Shown: in pieces, positions 40,376 to 55,234 of the stretch
Position numbering within the stretch: the stretch's first letter is position 1
Layout: every line of letters starts with the position of its first letter
From: Camelus ferus
Lineage: Eukaryota
Length of the DNA stretch: 64,000 nt
Direction: 5' to 3'
NCBI RefSeq assembly: GCF_009834535.1
Contig: NC_045697.1
Span: forward strand, 98,768,001-98,832,000
Notes under the pieces: model-generated
What the model was told of the DNA's origin: nothing
Database searches by the model: none
The model's input: only the letters and a program-made list of their open reading frames with translations
Position numbers and translations under genes: made by a program

Positions 40376-41056
40376 GATTAACATTCTCATGATTATATTC
40401 AGTAATGTTTATTGATGATATACTGTTTCTTATTGTTGTCTAAAGGTTAAATGACTAAAAGGTTAAAACTGGTCCATGAGCAGCTATTTCCTCTGTCCCT
40501 TAATAGTGATCATAGTATTTGATAATAATGGCATTATAGTTGAGATGGAAAAATTATGGTTTAAAGCAAGCAGTTTAAGGGAAGAAATATACATCAGAGC
40601 GAAAAGGTAAAGTTTCTGTTCCCATAAGTTGCCATTTTATCAATCAGATCAACTGAGGGACTCAGCAGACATGACCAAATCTACTAGTGTCACTACACAG
40701 GTGGTCTTAGCCAAAATGGAAACAAAATTAGTTTTATGACTTAAAAAACACTGAGGGAAATGAAAGGTCAAGCTGCTGAGAGAGACAGATACTAAAATTA
40801 GGCCTGCATGAATGGAAGCCTGAGCAGGGAAAAGTAATATCACCACACAAAGAAGTCAAAGCTGCTGGTCAGCAGTACAAATGTACAACGTTTACATTTA
40901 TCAAATGCACTCATCCAAAATGTCTAACAGTATTCTTTAGGCTTTGGTTGGACTTTTCCTTTTTGAACAGACTCTTACCCAGTGCCATTCTGGACTAGTT
41001 AGTAAAGAAGCCAAAAGCAAATAGTGTTCATTGCTAGACACAGATGATGAAAATCA

Positions 41057-41206
<150 letters not shown>

Positions 41207-41454
41207 TTAAGTTTATTTCTTGAGCTATAAGACTCATCATGCCAAATTTAAAGGTATATACAGTTCAAAGAAGAGAAACCAATACACACCACCTACTCTT
41301 TTATTTCCCCTTTGGAAATCTTTGTCATAAGTAGAATGCTTAAAAAAGGAAAGACACAAATGCTCTAAGAGAGGTCAAAGATAACTGAATACACAAAGTA
41401 GACAGAAAGACAAGGAAGAAAAAAAAATCATGCTAGAATCAATTTACAAATACC

Positions 41455-42200
41455 CTCCAGCATTTAACTCAGAGAAAAGGAAATTTATGTGCACACAAAA
41501 ACCTGTACACAAATGCTCACTGTAGCTTTATTTGTAATAGCCAAAAACTGGAATCAGCCCAGATGTCCTCCAGCAGGTGACTGGTTACACAAACTGTGGT
41601 GCATCCATAACAAAGAAGACTCCTCAGCCATAAAAAGAATAAACCATAGATACAAGAAACAATTTGGATGAATCTCCAGGTAAATTACGCTGTGTGAAAA
41701 AAAGCCAACTTCAAAAGGTTACATACCTTAGGATTCCATTTATGTAACATTATTTTTAGGGGGGTAACATTCTTGAAATGACAAGAAATACAGAAATAGA
41801 GAATAGATTAGTGGTTGCCAGGAAGTAGGAGGGAGGGGAGAGCAGGAGGGAAGTGAGTACAGGCACAAAAGAACAGCACAAGGGACCCTTGTGGTGATGG
41901 AACTGTCCTGTCTCTTGACTGTGGTGGTGAATACATGAATCTACACATGTGGTAAAACTGCTTAGGACTATGTACATGCATGTGAGTGTGCGCACTCACA
42001 CACACACGTGTATGTAAAGCTGGTGAAATCTGAATAAGGTCTATGGATGTCATCAATGTCAATTTCCTGGTTGTGATACTGCATTATAGTTAGAAAAGAT
42101 GTTATCACTGGGGAAAATGAGATGAAAGGTATACACGCTCTCTCCGTATTAGTTCTTATAACTGCATGTGAAACTCAATTCTCTCACAATAAAAAGTTTT
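41455..42200 (+). mobile_element. Old L1 (L1MC/MD-type) ORF2 end and 3'UTR
   Basis: ORF 41489..41671 reads HTKTCTQMLTVALFVIAKNWNQPRCP, a canonical L1 ORF2 C-terminus. Confidence 0.88.
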
Positions 42201-42440
42201 CAAAAAGTCTTCCAAACTGACAGATTTGTAGACCCTAATGAAGATCCCTTAAGTAAGCTAGGGTTAGTCACTAAAAGCAGCAGTATGTCCTGCCTGCGGG
42301 TTTTACTTGAGAAACAGAATTGGGAATAAAGCTGTCTTTATCATAGAGACAATGTGCAGGCTTTCTTTAATTTCATATTCAAGTAGTCATCTCTGGCCTG
42401 TATTCCTATATGCCAATGAGAGTTTCAAAATGAAAATCTC

Positions 42441-42680
42441 GGTCACTCTCTCTCTTGCCTTCTGAGACAGCCCTCACTCTGTCTATGGAGTGTGTATCTC
42501 CTTTCATTTTAAACTAAACACCCCACATCTCACAGCCTCTCTCTCGCCTTTTGAGGTGGCTCACATTCTGCCTATGGAGTGTGTATCTCCTAAGCTGCTC
42601 TCCCTTCTGAGTGAGACAGCCCACACTCTGTCTATGGGGTGTGTCTCTCTCTAAATAAACTTGCTTTCACTTTAAAAGAA
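42441..42680 (+). mobile_element. LTR-like polyadenylated fragment with three ~55-bp internal repeats
   Basis: 3x CTCTC..GAGA..CACTCTGTCTATGGAGTGTGTATCTC; AATAAA plus A-rich tail; flanks AAAATGAAAATCTC / AAAAGATAATCTC. Confidence 0.7.
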
Positions 42681-42858
42681 AAAAGATAATCTCACTAATT
42701 AGATAATATTGTCTGTATTATCTCAGCTTAAGAAAGTGTTGGTAGTGATTTATCTTTTAGGAATATAGATTTTAAAAAAAATTGTATATTTATATGTAGT
42801 ATTTTCTCAATTTTTAATAATCATGAACCAAGCACATCATTAAAAATCATCCTATGCA

Positions 42859-42978
42859 GGGAGAGGATACAGCTCAGTGGCAGAGCACATGCTTAGCATG
42901 CATGAGGTTCTGGGTTCAATCCCCAGTACCTCCATCAAAAATAAATAAGTAAACCTAACTACCTACTCCCCTGAAAAA
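42859..42978 (+). mobile_element. Vic-1-type SINE
   Basis: TSD AAAAAT(C/T)ATCCTATGCA. Confidence 0.92.
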
Positions 42979-43540
42979 AAAAATTATCCTATGCAAATTA
43001 CAAACCATTTTATAGTATGTTAAAATTAGGCTGTGAAAATGGAAAATCCATAACCTTGGGGGTGGAAATGATGCAAAAGTGGCCCTTTAACAAACCCACG
43101 GTGTTTGGTGAATTCAGACTTGAATCATCTGGCTTTGAAACTCACAGAACAAACAGGATCAGCAGGGATGACAGTCAACATTTTTGTATAAAAGCAGGAA
43201 TATTTTCCTAATAGGGTGGGATCTCCTGACAGCTTACAGGGCCAGGAGGCTGAATCAACACCCTCAGTTCTCAGTACACTAAAACTGAACCTCTGCCCAA
43301 ATTCCTGTCCTTGAAATGACCATCCAGCCGCAACATCCCAAGGACATTAGTCTTATTGTTCAAGGGGCTAAAACACAATTCAGCTGCTAAAGCAGAATCA
43401 AAGAGGTGAAATACAAGAATAATTCATAGTAACATGTAACCCAGAGGATCTAACTTTTCCAAATTGAACATAGTCAAGCACAGAGTAGAAGAAAGGTCTA
43501 TTAGAAGAGAGGGTCTCAAATTTAGACTTTGAAAGTTATT

Positions 43541-43646
43541 ATTTTTTTTGGTGGGAAGGGTAATTAGGTTTATTTATTTTTAGAGGTGGTACTGAAGATT
43601 GAACTGAGGACCTTATGTATGCTAAGCATGCACTCCACTTGAGCTA
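43541..43646 (-). mobile_element. Vic-1-type SINE (AGCTCAAGTGG variant, slightly 5'-truncated)
   Basis: TSD AAGTTATT. Confidence 0.88.
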
Positions 43647-44616
43647 GAAGTTATTTCTAAATGATATTTATTTATTAATGTTAGCATCTAAAATATACCA
43701 CAACTTTTAGAAACCAGTCTGGCATTTTGTCTTTTAAGATATCAGACCCTCAAAATACTGAAGGGACCTGGGCCTTTCTCAGATTCAAAGAGGCTCTAGT
43801 AGTAGATTTTACTTGGAAAAAAAAAACGGGCTCTTGGGTATGAAGCATCTGTGGATTTAATTCAGAGAAATCTAATATCGAATTTATTTTAGTGCAGGAC
43901 ATGGAGGGGAAGGGGAGGGCCAGAATATGGGTTTTTGAGTGCCTCACGTTCTGTATTTCCTCCTGAAAGCAGTGTAGTGATGCCCAGATGAAATTCAGTC
44001 TTCCAGCTTCCTGCATAATCACATGGCCTAGTTTAATCTGTTTTTCCAGTGGCCTGTATCCAATGATAGTAGCCCTGGGCAGTGAATTCAATTTTAAGCA
44101 GTAGAAAGATGTCAGAAGCAGAGGAATCTGGGTATGAGTGAAAGCTGGTAGATTAGGGTAGGGTAATAATATAAGTGACATGTTTGACGTTTCCTGGCTT
44201 CTCAAGGCTTTCAAATTTCTGAAGATTAGAATATGTATTTTGGTTTTGGCATCTGCATAGACCTACAAACTGCCAGTTATGACTAAAAATCCCTTTATGC
44301 ATATTTCTGTAGGGCCAAAACAAAATGTAGTGATTGTGTAGTCTTATGGTTTCTGAAGAATTTATATTTATTCTACTTTTATTCATAATAAAGATTAGAT
44401 TTCCACTTAGAAAGTTTATGACAAAATGATGAATGATTAAATAGGTTTATCTTATTAACTCACAAATGTTTCACTTTTTTAGCTTCAAAATCATACTATT
44501 AAAGCTTTGTTTTATAGTCTTTTAATTTTATATGACTTTTGAATTAAAAAAATTATAGATAAATACTACTTTAAAAAAAAAGTATATAAAGATATAAAGC
44601 TAATAAAAACCATGGA

Positions 44617-44762
44617 GGGGTTGGGTATAGCTCAGTGGGAGAGCACATGCTTAGCATGCACGAAGTCCAGGGTTCAATCCCCAGTACCTCCATTAAAAAA
44701 AATTTTTTTTTAATTATTTAAAAAAAAACTGAAAACTTCAAAAAAAAAAAAAAAAAAAAACC
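44617..44762 (+). mobile_element. Vic-1-type SINE, short form with long A tail
   Basis: GGGTATAGCTCAGTGG...GGGTTCAATCCCCAGTACC; flanks ending ATGGAG. Confidence 0.9.
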
Positions 44763-44769
44763 AAAATCC

Positions 44770-45130
44770 TATGGAGATAGTAAAAAGATTAGGAGGAGGG
44801 AGGGAAGGATGAATACTTTGAGCACAGGGTATTTTTAGGGCAGTGAAACTATTATGCATGCTACTGTAATGCTGGATACATGTCATATATTTGTTCAAAA
44901 CCCACATAAAGTACAACACAAAGAGTGACCCCTCATGCAAACTATAGACTTTGGTTAATAATAATGTATCAATATCGACTCAGTTATAACAGATGTACGT
45001 CACTAAAGCAAGATTGTACGGAAAAGGGGGCAGAGGGGTGAGAGGAGGTGTATGGGAATTCTCTGTCCTTTCTGCTTATTTTTCTGTAAACCTAAAACTG
45101 CTCTAAAAAATTGTCTATTAATTTTTTTAA
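44770..45130 (+). mobile_element. Old L1MC-type 3' end
   Basis: TTTTAGGGCAGTGAAACTATT..TTTGTTCAAAACCCACA..AACTATAGACTTTGGTTAATAATAATG..TGTAAACCTAAAACTGCTCTAAAA. Confidence 0.8.
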
Positions 45131-45439
45131 AGTTAATCTCTCAAAATAGTTCTTGTTAAATGTTTATAATAATACCTACCTTATAGAATTGTTGTAATTA
45201 TTAAATAAGGATGATTCTGTCATATGGTAAACATTCAAATGTCAGCTATTTGTACTATTAGTATTTATAACAACATTGCTTTTACTAAGTCATTCATACT
45301 TAGTGGTATTCAGTATTTTGTACTTAAAATTTTTTTCCATAATCTTATGTATTTAGTTAATCCCATGTCCTAGCCTTGACATTGCTTTGAGTTTTATCAC
45401 AGGTTGTAAAATATATGAATTCCTGAACAGGGTTAGTTA

Positions 45440-45610
<171 letters not shown>

Positions 45611-46616
45611 TTACATCTTTAAAATTTTCGCCTCAGTGAACCTAGAATCTATTAACATCAACTGATTTTAGCTTAAGGGAATACAGTGTTACAAGGTAGG
45701 GTAATAATTCCACTTGACATTTTCCCAATCTAATTTGATAAGTACTTATAAAACCTGTCATCTTGATGCTTAGCATTATGCTTTTCTTGGAGGGAGTTCA
45801 GGCGGGGATAAAGAAAAAAATGACAAAAGGACTAAACAATTTTAACAGTCAAACGAGATGCATATTAGCAAAAGAAAGCTGTTTATTGTATGTACTACAC
45901 CACAGGATTCAGTGAAAAAAATAATTTTTTTAAAAAATGAAGCACATTTGTGCTTCAAATTTATATGTTAAATAAAACATGTTGAAATCCAACACATTTC
46001 TATAAATGTGTAATACAAATGTAGTTAAGGAAGAAACTTGAATTTTTTTAATATAAAGTCTTTAGAGATGGGCAAATACAAGCTTTTTAAAGACAAATGT
46101 TACCATAAGGTTTTATCTAAAATAGGAGTACAATTCTGTACAAACTAATAAAAATAGATAAAGGTGCTATATTATTATATTTAAATATATTAATTCTGTC
46201 ATGCTAGAATTTGTATGTACCATATGCCCTGGAATTGAAATTTTTATAATAGACTCAAAGCTAGAAAAAGCTTAAAGTTCATACAGCTCATATTCTTTAT
46301 TTTAAAGATTAAAAAGGTGGAGACATTTATTTATTCGTTCATTAAATACAGTTGAGCTACTATTATGTGTCTGGCATTTAAGAAGCATTAAGGATGTGAC
46401 TGTGAAAAGGACACACAAGGTCTGTGGTCTCAAGTAGCTCACAGTCTAGAAAGAGGGAACCGATGCACAGACAAATAACTGTAGACAAATAATTGCAAGG
46501 CAGTATGACAAATGCTGTAATGGAGGTAAGTAGAAGCAGCAGTAGCAGGAAAATGCAGTGAAAGAATTCAGCTAGTTGGCTAGAGGTAGCTGTCACAACT
46601 GAAAAGACATGACCTG

Positions 46617-46847
46617 CAGATACTGACATATATATATGGAATGGATAAACACGTTCATGCTGTACAGTGCAGGGAACTATATTCGGTATCTTGTGGTGAT
46701 TCATGGTGAAAATGAATATGATAACGAATATATATATGTTCACATGTGACCGAGGCACCGTGCTGTGCACTGGAAATTGACATAACATTGTAAACTGACT
46801 ATACGTCAATAAAAATTTATTATACGAAAAAAAAAAAAAGAAAGAAG
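46617..46847 (+). mobile_element. Young 5'-truncated L1 3'UTR in MGARP intron 1
   Basis: Perfect 16-bp TSD GAAAAGACATGACCTG, AATAAA, A tail, several retained CpGs. Confidence 0.9.
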
Positions 46848-48399
46848 GAAAAGACATGACCTGAGTTTTGAAGGAAAGGAGGAGTCTGTCAGATAAATAA
46901 GGGAAGGGAAAATTGCACTGGAGGCAGAAGGCACAGCATGTGCAAAAAGCATGAGATGTGTGATTTGGAAAATGGAAAGCAATTTGATGTGGCCTGCCCT
47001 AGAGAACAGGGGTGTAGGGACCAGGAGGAGGTTATGATTTACAGAGGGCAAATCTTAAGACATTTGCATTAGCTACAAATATCTGTAGTAGCAAAACTGG
47101 AAAGATTTTTGTATATATGTTCTTAGTTTGGAGATAAATGACCATCTCTTAGAAAAACTATTTTTTTTTCCTACAAATGTGCCCAGAGAGGCTATAAGAG
47201 GTTTACAGCTTTGACTTGTAGTGGGGTTTTTGTTGGTTTAAAAATACATCTGTTATTAAATAGAGAATATATAGCTTTCATAGTTGGCAACTAGGCATAA
47301 ATATCAAAAAGTTTTTTTTAATAGGAAGAAATAAAACTATCAGAGACTTAAGTAAAGACAAACAAAACACAGTTATGGCAAAGTTATATAAGAGAAATGC
47401 AATGGGAAATAAATATTCAGTAAAGACTAATTAGACAAATTTTAGCATATTCATAAATGTGAAACAAATAGATATTTTAATTTTTGCAGAAAAATACACA
47501 AGAAAATATTTACAATACAGTAAATGTAAATGAAAAGTTATAGCAAAATAGTCTATACAGGACTATCTCAGATATGTGGAATGTACATAAGAAAAAAATG
47601 CAGGAAAGGAGAAAAGAGGTCTGGAACACTATGTATACTAAAATGCGAATAGTGGTGTTTACTAAGTGGTAGGATTATAGGCGACTTCTATTTTGCCTTT
47701 CTGTGTTTTTTCTGGTGATCTATTATAAATCTAATTTATTTATTCATTAACATTTCACATTTTTAAAAGCAAAACCCAAAGAACAAAATTTGATGAGCAC
47801 AGTTAAAATTTTATCCTTCAATAAAACGGAAACAATTTCATTTTTCGTCAAAGTAGGAAGTACCAATAAAAGGTTAATGTCCAAAGTTCCAGGCAATAGT
47901 AGTCCTGAAAATACATATATAAATCAGTACTACAAACAATTAGATGAAAATGAGCAAAAGACCACTACTGCTACAACCAGTGTTGCTAACTACCTATTTA
48001 GAATTTTTAAACTACTTTTTTTTTTTGCCACAAGCTGAGAGGAAATTATCTGAAACGTGCATCTACAAAAAAAGAAAAAAGATGTGTATGTTTGTGCATG
48101 AGGACAGTGTGGGTGGCGGTCACACAGCGCGAAAGGCCACGGTCAGGGGGCTCATCTTTCTCCCCACTCCACCCTCAATTACAATAGCCCCCTTATCTTC
48201 GTAAGTTTCAAATGAATGGCTTCCCCCTATTTTACCAGTGAAAACTCTGCTCTATCTTACTCGCTATAAAGATCAAGGAAAACGAAGACTCCTTATTTCT
48301 GTTGCTGGAGTCAACTTCTTCCCAGGAGCATTTTAAGAGAGAGATAAAGCTAGTTGGACATACCTCCCTTCCTTCCCACCACCACTATCACCACCACAG

Positions 48400-49900
<1,501 letters not shown>

Positions 49901-52411
49901 CTCCTCAGAGCGGGCTGGAAATGTTTCAGGACTTGCAGACATGGTTTATCACGCCGTATGAAATCTGCACTCACTTTATCTCATGCACACCGTTAAGGTT
50001 TCTTGGGAGTGGAAAGGATAGCTGGAAGTTTCCTGGAGATGAAACAAGGAGAGGGGTAGCCTTAGCCTTCCATTGTTGCTCTGGGTGATGTTCAGAATCA
50101 TAAGGGACCCAGGTAATGATTGAATGTCTAGGCAATTGACTGCTACAATGGCTTTTGGCTTTTGAAACTCCATAAATGCTGTATATTCCTCTATGGGATG
50201 TGAAACTAGTATTTCCAAATCAACTAAAAACGCTAAATTATTAGTTTTTCCCTCCAGATTTCAATTACTTGCCTCATTGTGGCTACAAGAATTTGTCGTG
50301 GTTTGAATATGGAAACCAATAATTTATATTTATAACATTTTCTAAATGATTAATCTTTGGAAGGGACTGTTTGCTACTGTAACAGTCCCTTATGTGTGCT
50401 TGGCATTTGACAGTTTACAAAGTACTTTCGCACAAATTTTCTCCTTTAATTTTCACTTCAATCCTCTGAGGGAGGTGGCATTTATTCCGTTTAGCAAACG
50501 ACAGGTGGTGGAGAGGAATGTTCAGGGACTGATGGTCATGATTTTTTTTTTAAAGAACATGAACATAGTTCTTCTAATTCCAAGTTCTCTTGGCATGTTA
50601 CAGGCAAAATATTTGCTCAATTGCCATGTGAATAACTAAACATCCCTCAAAGGCTTCAGTTCTGAACCAGTTCTTGTGATATTTAACATAGTCTCATTTA
50701 ACGAGTACAAGTCAGAACTGGCTTTCTGATGCTTAGAGTAACTAGCTATTCCTAGTGATTAAACCTTAAGAGCATTTAGGTCATCTTTAGGTAATGAGAG
50801 GTCAAATTTAGACTTCCAAGCCCCAAAGAAGGGGACAGATCCAGACCCTCCACCAAGAAGTTAGGTAGTCTTGAAAGCAACAAAATATAGGTTAGCACAC
50901 TTGCTGCCTTTGACCAGCATCAAGTATACATCGTCCTGCAACTAGTGATTACCTATCTCACTGGTAGTATAGACTGTTTAGTGAACTTCTAGCAGTTAGG
51001 ACAAATTGACAAATCAAATCAAATCTGTCACGAGAGCTCCTAACCACTTCCAATTTGGCACTGCTCAATTTAAAATTAAAAAAGAAAACAAATCTGTCTA
51101 CCACTATGGCTCATCCTTTCCTTGGTATTCTTAGGGCTGAATTTTGATTTGTTTGCCAAGGAAGAGGGAATGGTCAAAGGCAGTAAATGCATTTAAATTA
51201 ATTGAATTAATGCATCCATTACACTCATTTAATGTGTTGGAAGCTCCTAGAAAAAGGATTCTTTCTAAGTAAACATTTGTAAATGATAATGAACATTTGT
51301 AAAAACTCCTAGATCACTGCTCTGGACTCCTCTAAGAATTCCAATGTAGACTCCGGATCTGGGTTTGGTCTGAGCTCTTCTGGATCATCCCCAGGTTCCA
51401 CAGCAGCCACTTACTATCAGTCAGTCAAACTGTCTATAAGTATCTGTCAAAATGCCTATAATATGCTAGGGATCATGCTAGATGCTAGGGACTGGTTATA
51501 ATTTATTTCACAAGTATTTATCAAGTATCTATTACTACTGTTCCAGGGCTTGCTTCAATGAACTAGATATGATTTTTGCTACCACTCCTAGAGGTTATAT
51601 TTTCAGGTTAAAGAGACATGGAACCAACATCTTTTCTCAGGAGGAGTGTTGGGCTACCATCAACAGGGTCAATGATCACAAAGAAATCTCTGACCAGACA
51701 ACAATGATAAATGTAGTCTAAGAGCTTTGGTTAAAGCCAAACTGGTTTAAACAATGCAAACCAACTAATCAAAACAATGCAAACATAACACACATGCATA
51801 TAGGGCTTTAAAAACGTTTCCCAAAGATACTGTCACATCTATCTTTGTACTTTATCCTCTAAACAAATCTTAAGGAGTAGGTGGAGGAATATTGACTATC
51901 CTTATATTACACATGAAAAAAAAATCGAGGTAGTGTAATACTGTGGTTAAGAGCCTGAGTTTCAGAGTCAGATACTTGGTCTGATTTATTGATATGAATA
52001 AAATGTGGATAATTCCTTTATTCATAGGGTTTCTGTAAGTTCTAAAGCACATTAGGTATAAAACATGCTCAACTAGTTGGAGGAGGCAGTCCTAAATTCT
52101 GACTAAGCCCAAGCTCACGGCTCCCATACAATGATCTGATGCCTTTCAGTGCACATATGACAGGATCCGTTGTATTTCACCATCTTATCATATGGTAACG
52201 TCCTGTGAAGACTCGATTACGTCCTCTCGGATGTAGCCATCCCAGCCAGGAGAGGCAAGAACTGTGAGATAAACAGTGCCACATCTCTGAATCCCTTTTC
52301 ATCCTAGTTAAAAGCTCGTGCCTCTTGGATCAAAGGGAATTTGCCACTTACTCTACTGCTCCTGTAGGATATGTGGCTTTCCATTTTGATGGCAAACTCC
52401 TCTCACATCTT

Positions 52412-52544
52412 TTTTGTTTGCTTTATGAAGGGGAGGTGATTAGGTTTATTTATTTATTATATTTGGAGGAGGTACTAGGGATTGAACCCAGGACCCTGTG
52501 CATACTAAGCATGTGCTCTACCACTTGAGCTACACCCTTCACCC
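52412..52544 (-). mobile_element. Vic-1-type SINE (AGCTCAAGTGG variant)
   Basis: TSD TCACATCTT. Confidence 0.9.
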
Positions 52545-53242
52545 TTATCACATCTTACTGAGACAGTTCCCAAGAGACAACATGCCTGTGGGTTGTCAAG
52601 TTCAGTTTCTCCCCAACCAAGAGAATTTTAACAGTAGATCTTGGCTATAAAAGACTCTGTAACGCTCAGACAGTAGTTTCCCAGCTGTTAGTCACGTTGT
52701 TTATAACACTGCCCTTGAGCACATCCTTAACATTTTTCTTGGTCTTGTTGGGAAAACAAGAATCTAGGGTCAGAGATGACCTATCTAAGATGATCTCCAC
52801 CTAATTGTGATTGTTGACAAAGATGATACTAGTTTTGAAACATATTGTAAGAATCCTCTGCTAGCAATATTAATCATACTTATTCAAGGCTTAAGTTCCA
52901 TATAATTAAAAGCAATTTTCAAAGACTGAATGATTTCATAGGCTCCACAGAAAGCTACAAATAGTTTTGTTTTTCTTAATACTAAATTCCTAGGCTACAT
53001 AACCTGAACTTTCAACAGATCAACATGGATATAAAGTGAAACAATTTAGAAGAGTATCTAGGAAGACAAATTTGCAAGCAATTAATAAAGTCCTGATAAC
53101 CACCCTTTTGATGGCCTAAAGTATTTAGATTAAATGAAGGGGAAAGGGTAATCAAGATGGTAAATTCTTTAAGTGTTCTTGGAGGTCCCTCAGTACTCTT
53201 CCCATCTATTCACATTCTCTTCTGTGGTAAAATAAACATGAC

Positions 53243-53678
53243 ATGACTATTTTCCTAAGGCTACCATAACAAGTTACTCACACTTGGATGGCTTAAAACA
53301 AAATTTATTCTCTTACCATTCTACAGGCTAGAAGTCTGAAATCAAAGTGTGGGCAGGACCATGCCTGCCCTGAAACCCATAGGCAAGAATCCCTCCTTGC
53401 CTCTTCTAGCTTTGGATGTTTACTGGTAATCCTTCCCTTGCAGACGCGTCACTCCAACCTCTGCCTCCATCATCATGTGGCTGTCTCCTCTGTGTGTGTC
53501 TGTTTCTTTTTGTCTCGTAAGTGTACCAGTCATACTGGATTAAGGGCCCCCTACTCCAGTATACTCATCTTAACTCATTACATCTGCAAATACCCTATTT
53601 CCAAATAAGGTTACATCCTGAGATACTGGGGGTTAGGACTTCCACATCTTTTGAGTGGTCAAAATTCAACCCCTAACA
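53243..53678 (-). mobile_element. MaLR solo LTR (MLT1C-like)
   Basis: GGCTTAAAACAA..GGCTAGAAGTCTGAAATCAA..CCCTATTTCCAAATAAGG..GGGGGTTAGGACTTC..ATTCAACCCCTAACA. Confidence 0.85.
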
Positions 53679-54295
53679 ACTTCTTATACTTGAAGCTGAG
53701 TTCATATAGCTTGTTTTTTGCTATGGCAATTTAAGAACATAATTTAAATGACTATTTCACAGATACTAAATCTGAAAAAAGTTCTGATTTTATCTCTAAT
53801 AAAAAACTTGATGGCATTTGACATACGATTTTGTCTGCATCTTCTTTTTTATGGAAATTCTTTTATATTATTGCTAAAGAAACCATAATTTGACCAAGTA
53901 CCTCTTGGAAATTTACAATCAGAATGATTCCTGTTCAGTCCAGCTGTTCTCTTAAACTAAGATGTAAACCCCGGAACCACTGACTGTAGCCTTCTCTTTA
54001 ACGATGTGGATTAGGGAAGAGAAGGTCTGTGCACCAAGAAAATAAAGCAGAGACCAGATCCAAGGCCAAAAGTCTTGATGTTTGAATTTCAGGCCCCAAT
54101 TATTTCCAGGCCCCAATTATTTCCAGGCCCAGGTGCATTCCTGTTATGAGAGTCTGTGAGTCACTCTGCATCCCTATAACTTTTTTTTAGTTTAACATAA
54201 TTTGAGTTTGGTTTTAATATTTAGTTTATAAAGTATCTTTTACCAGCACCACTATGTGACAAAACTCTAGGTGTTACTCATAGCATAATCTACAT

Positions 54296-54485
54296 CTGTA
54301 CTGTTCAATACAACAACCACTAGCCCCACGTGGCTATTTAAATTAATTAAAATGAAGTACTAAAAATTCAGTTACATTAATCACATTCAAAATGCGCAAT
54401 AGCCACACGGGAGTAGTAGCTACTGTATTGGATAGCACAGGCAGAACCTTTACATCTTTGCAGGCAGTTCTTTTGGACAGCCCTG
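54296..54485. mobile_element. MER3-like hAT-Charlie MITE
   Basis: CTGTTCAATA..CCACTAGCC..GTGGCTATT..AATAGCCACA..TATTGGATAGCACAG..TTGGACAGC. Confidence 0.75.
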
Positions 54486-54759
54486 GTCTTCCTGAATGGC
54501 TCCCCCCGGAGTTATACAGGCACAATCAAGATGAAAGTCCACACAAGGTAGCTAATATTTTTAAGGCCTGACATGCAGTAGATCCTGTTTATTAAAGTTG
54601 TATCTTATTTCCAACTAAGGCTATCAGTTTCCTGAATTTCAGGTGTCTTAGAGTTTTCTCTTCCCTTTAGGGATGTGAATTGTTAAGTGTTTCTTTTAAT
54701 GTAAAGTTTCTTGAATTGGGAGTTGATACCTTACTTCTTGGTCTATCACCATGTGACAA

Positions 54760-55234
54760 TATTAGTTTCTATTGCTGCTATAACAAACTTAGTGGTTTAA
54801 AACAACACAGACTTATTATCTTGCAGTTTTGTAGGTGTTAAATCCAACATGGGTCTCAACAGGATAAAATCAAGGTGTCAGCAGGGTGTTTTCCTTTCTG
54901 GAGGCTCCAAGGGAGAATTTCTTTGACTTTCTCATACCTTGGCTCTTGGCCCACTTCCATCTTCAAAACTAGCAATGGCCAGTTGAGTCTTTCTCACATC
55001 ACATCACTCTGACACCCTCTGGTGCCTCCCTCTTCACTGCTAAGGACCCTTGTGATTACATGGGGCCCAACCCAATAATCCAGGATAATCTCTCCATCTC
55101 CATGTCTCAGCAGTTTAGCAAATATAATTCTACCTGCAACCTTAATCTCCCTTTGCCATATAACCTACCACATACACAGAGTCCAGGGAATAGGGCATGA
55201 TCATCTTTAAGGGTCCATTATTCTACTTTCCACA
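54760..55234 (-). mobile_element. MaLR solo LTR (MLT1D-like)
   Basis: TATTAGTTTCTATTGCTGCTATAACAAA..AAAATCAAGGTGTCAGCAGGG..ATAATCCAGGATAATCTC..CATTATTCTACTTTCCACA. Confidence 0.85.

Noticed and set aside
40978..41035. Possible cryptic MGARP exon (AG...GTAAGA) just downstream of exon 3
   Set aside because: Would need an intron of only ~60 nt and introduces an in-frame stop
42447..42652. Repeat-spacer pattern superficially like a CRISPR array
   Set aside because: Eukaryotic intron, only three diverged units, irregular spacers, no cas genes; better explained as LTR-internal repeats
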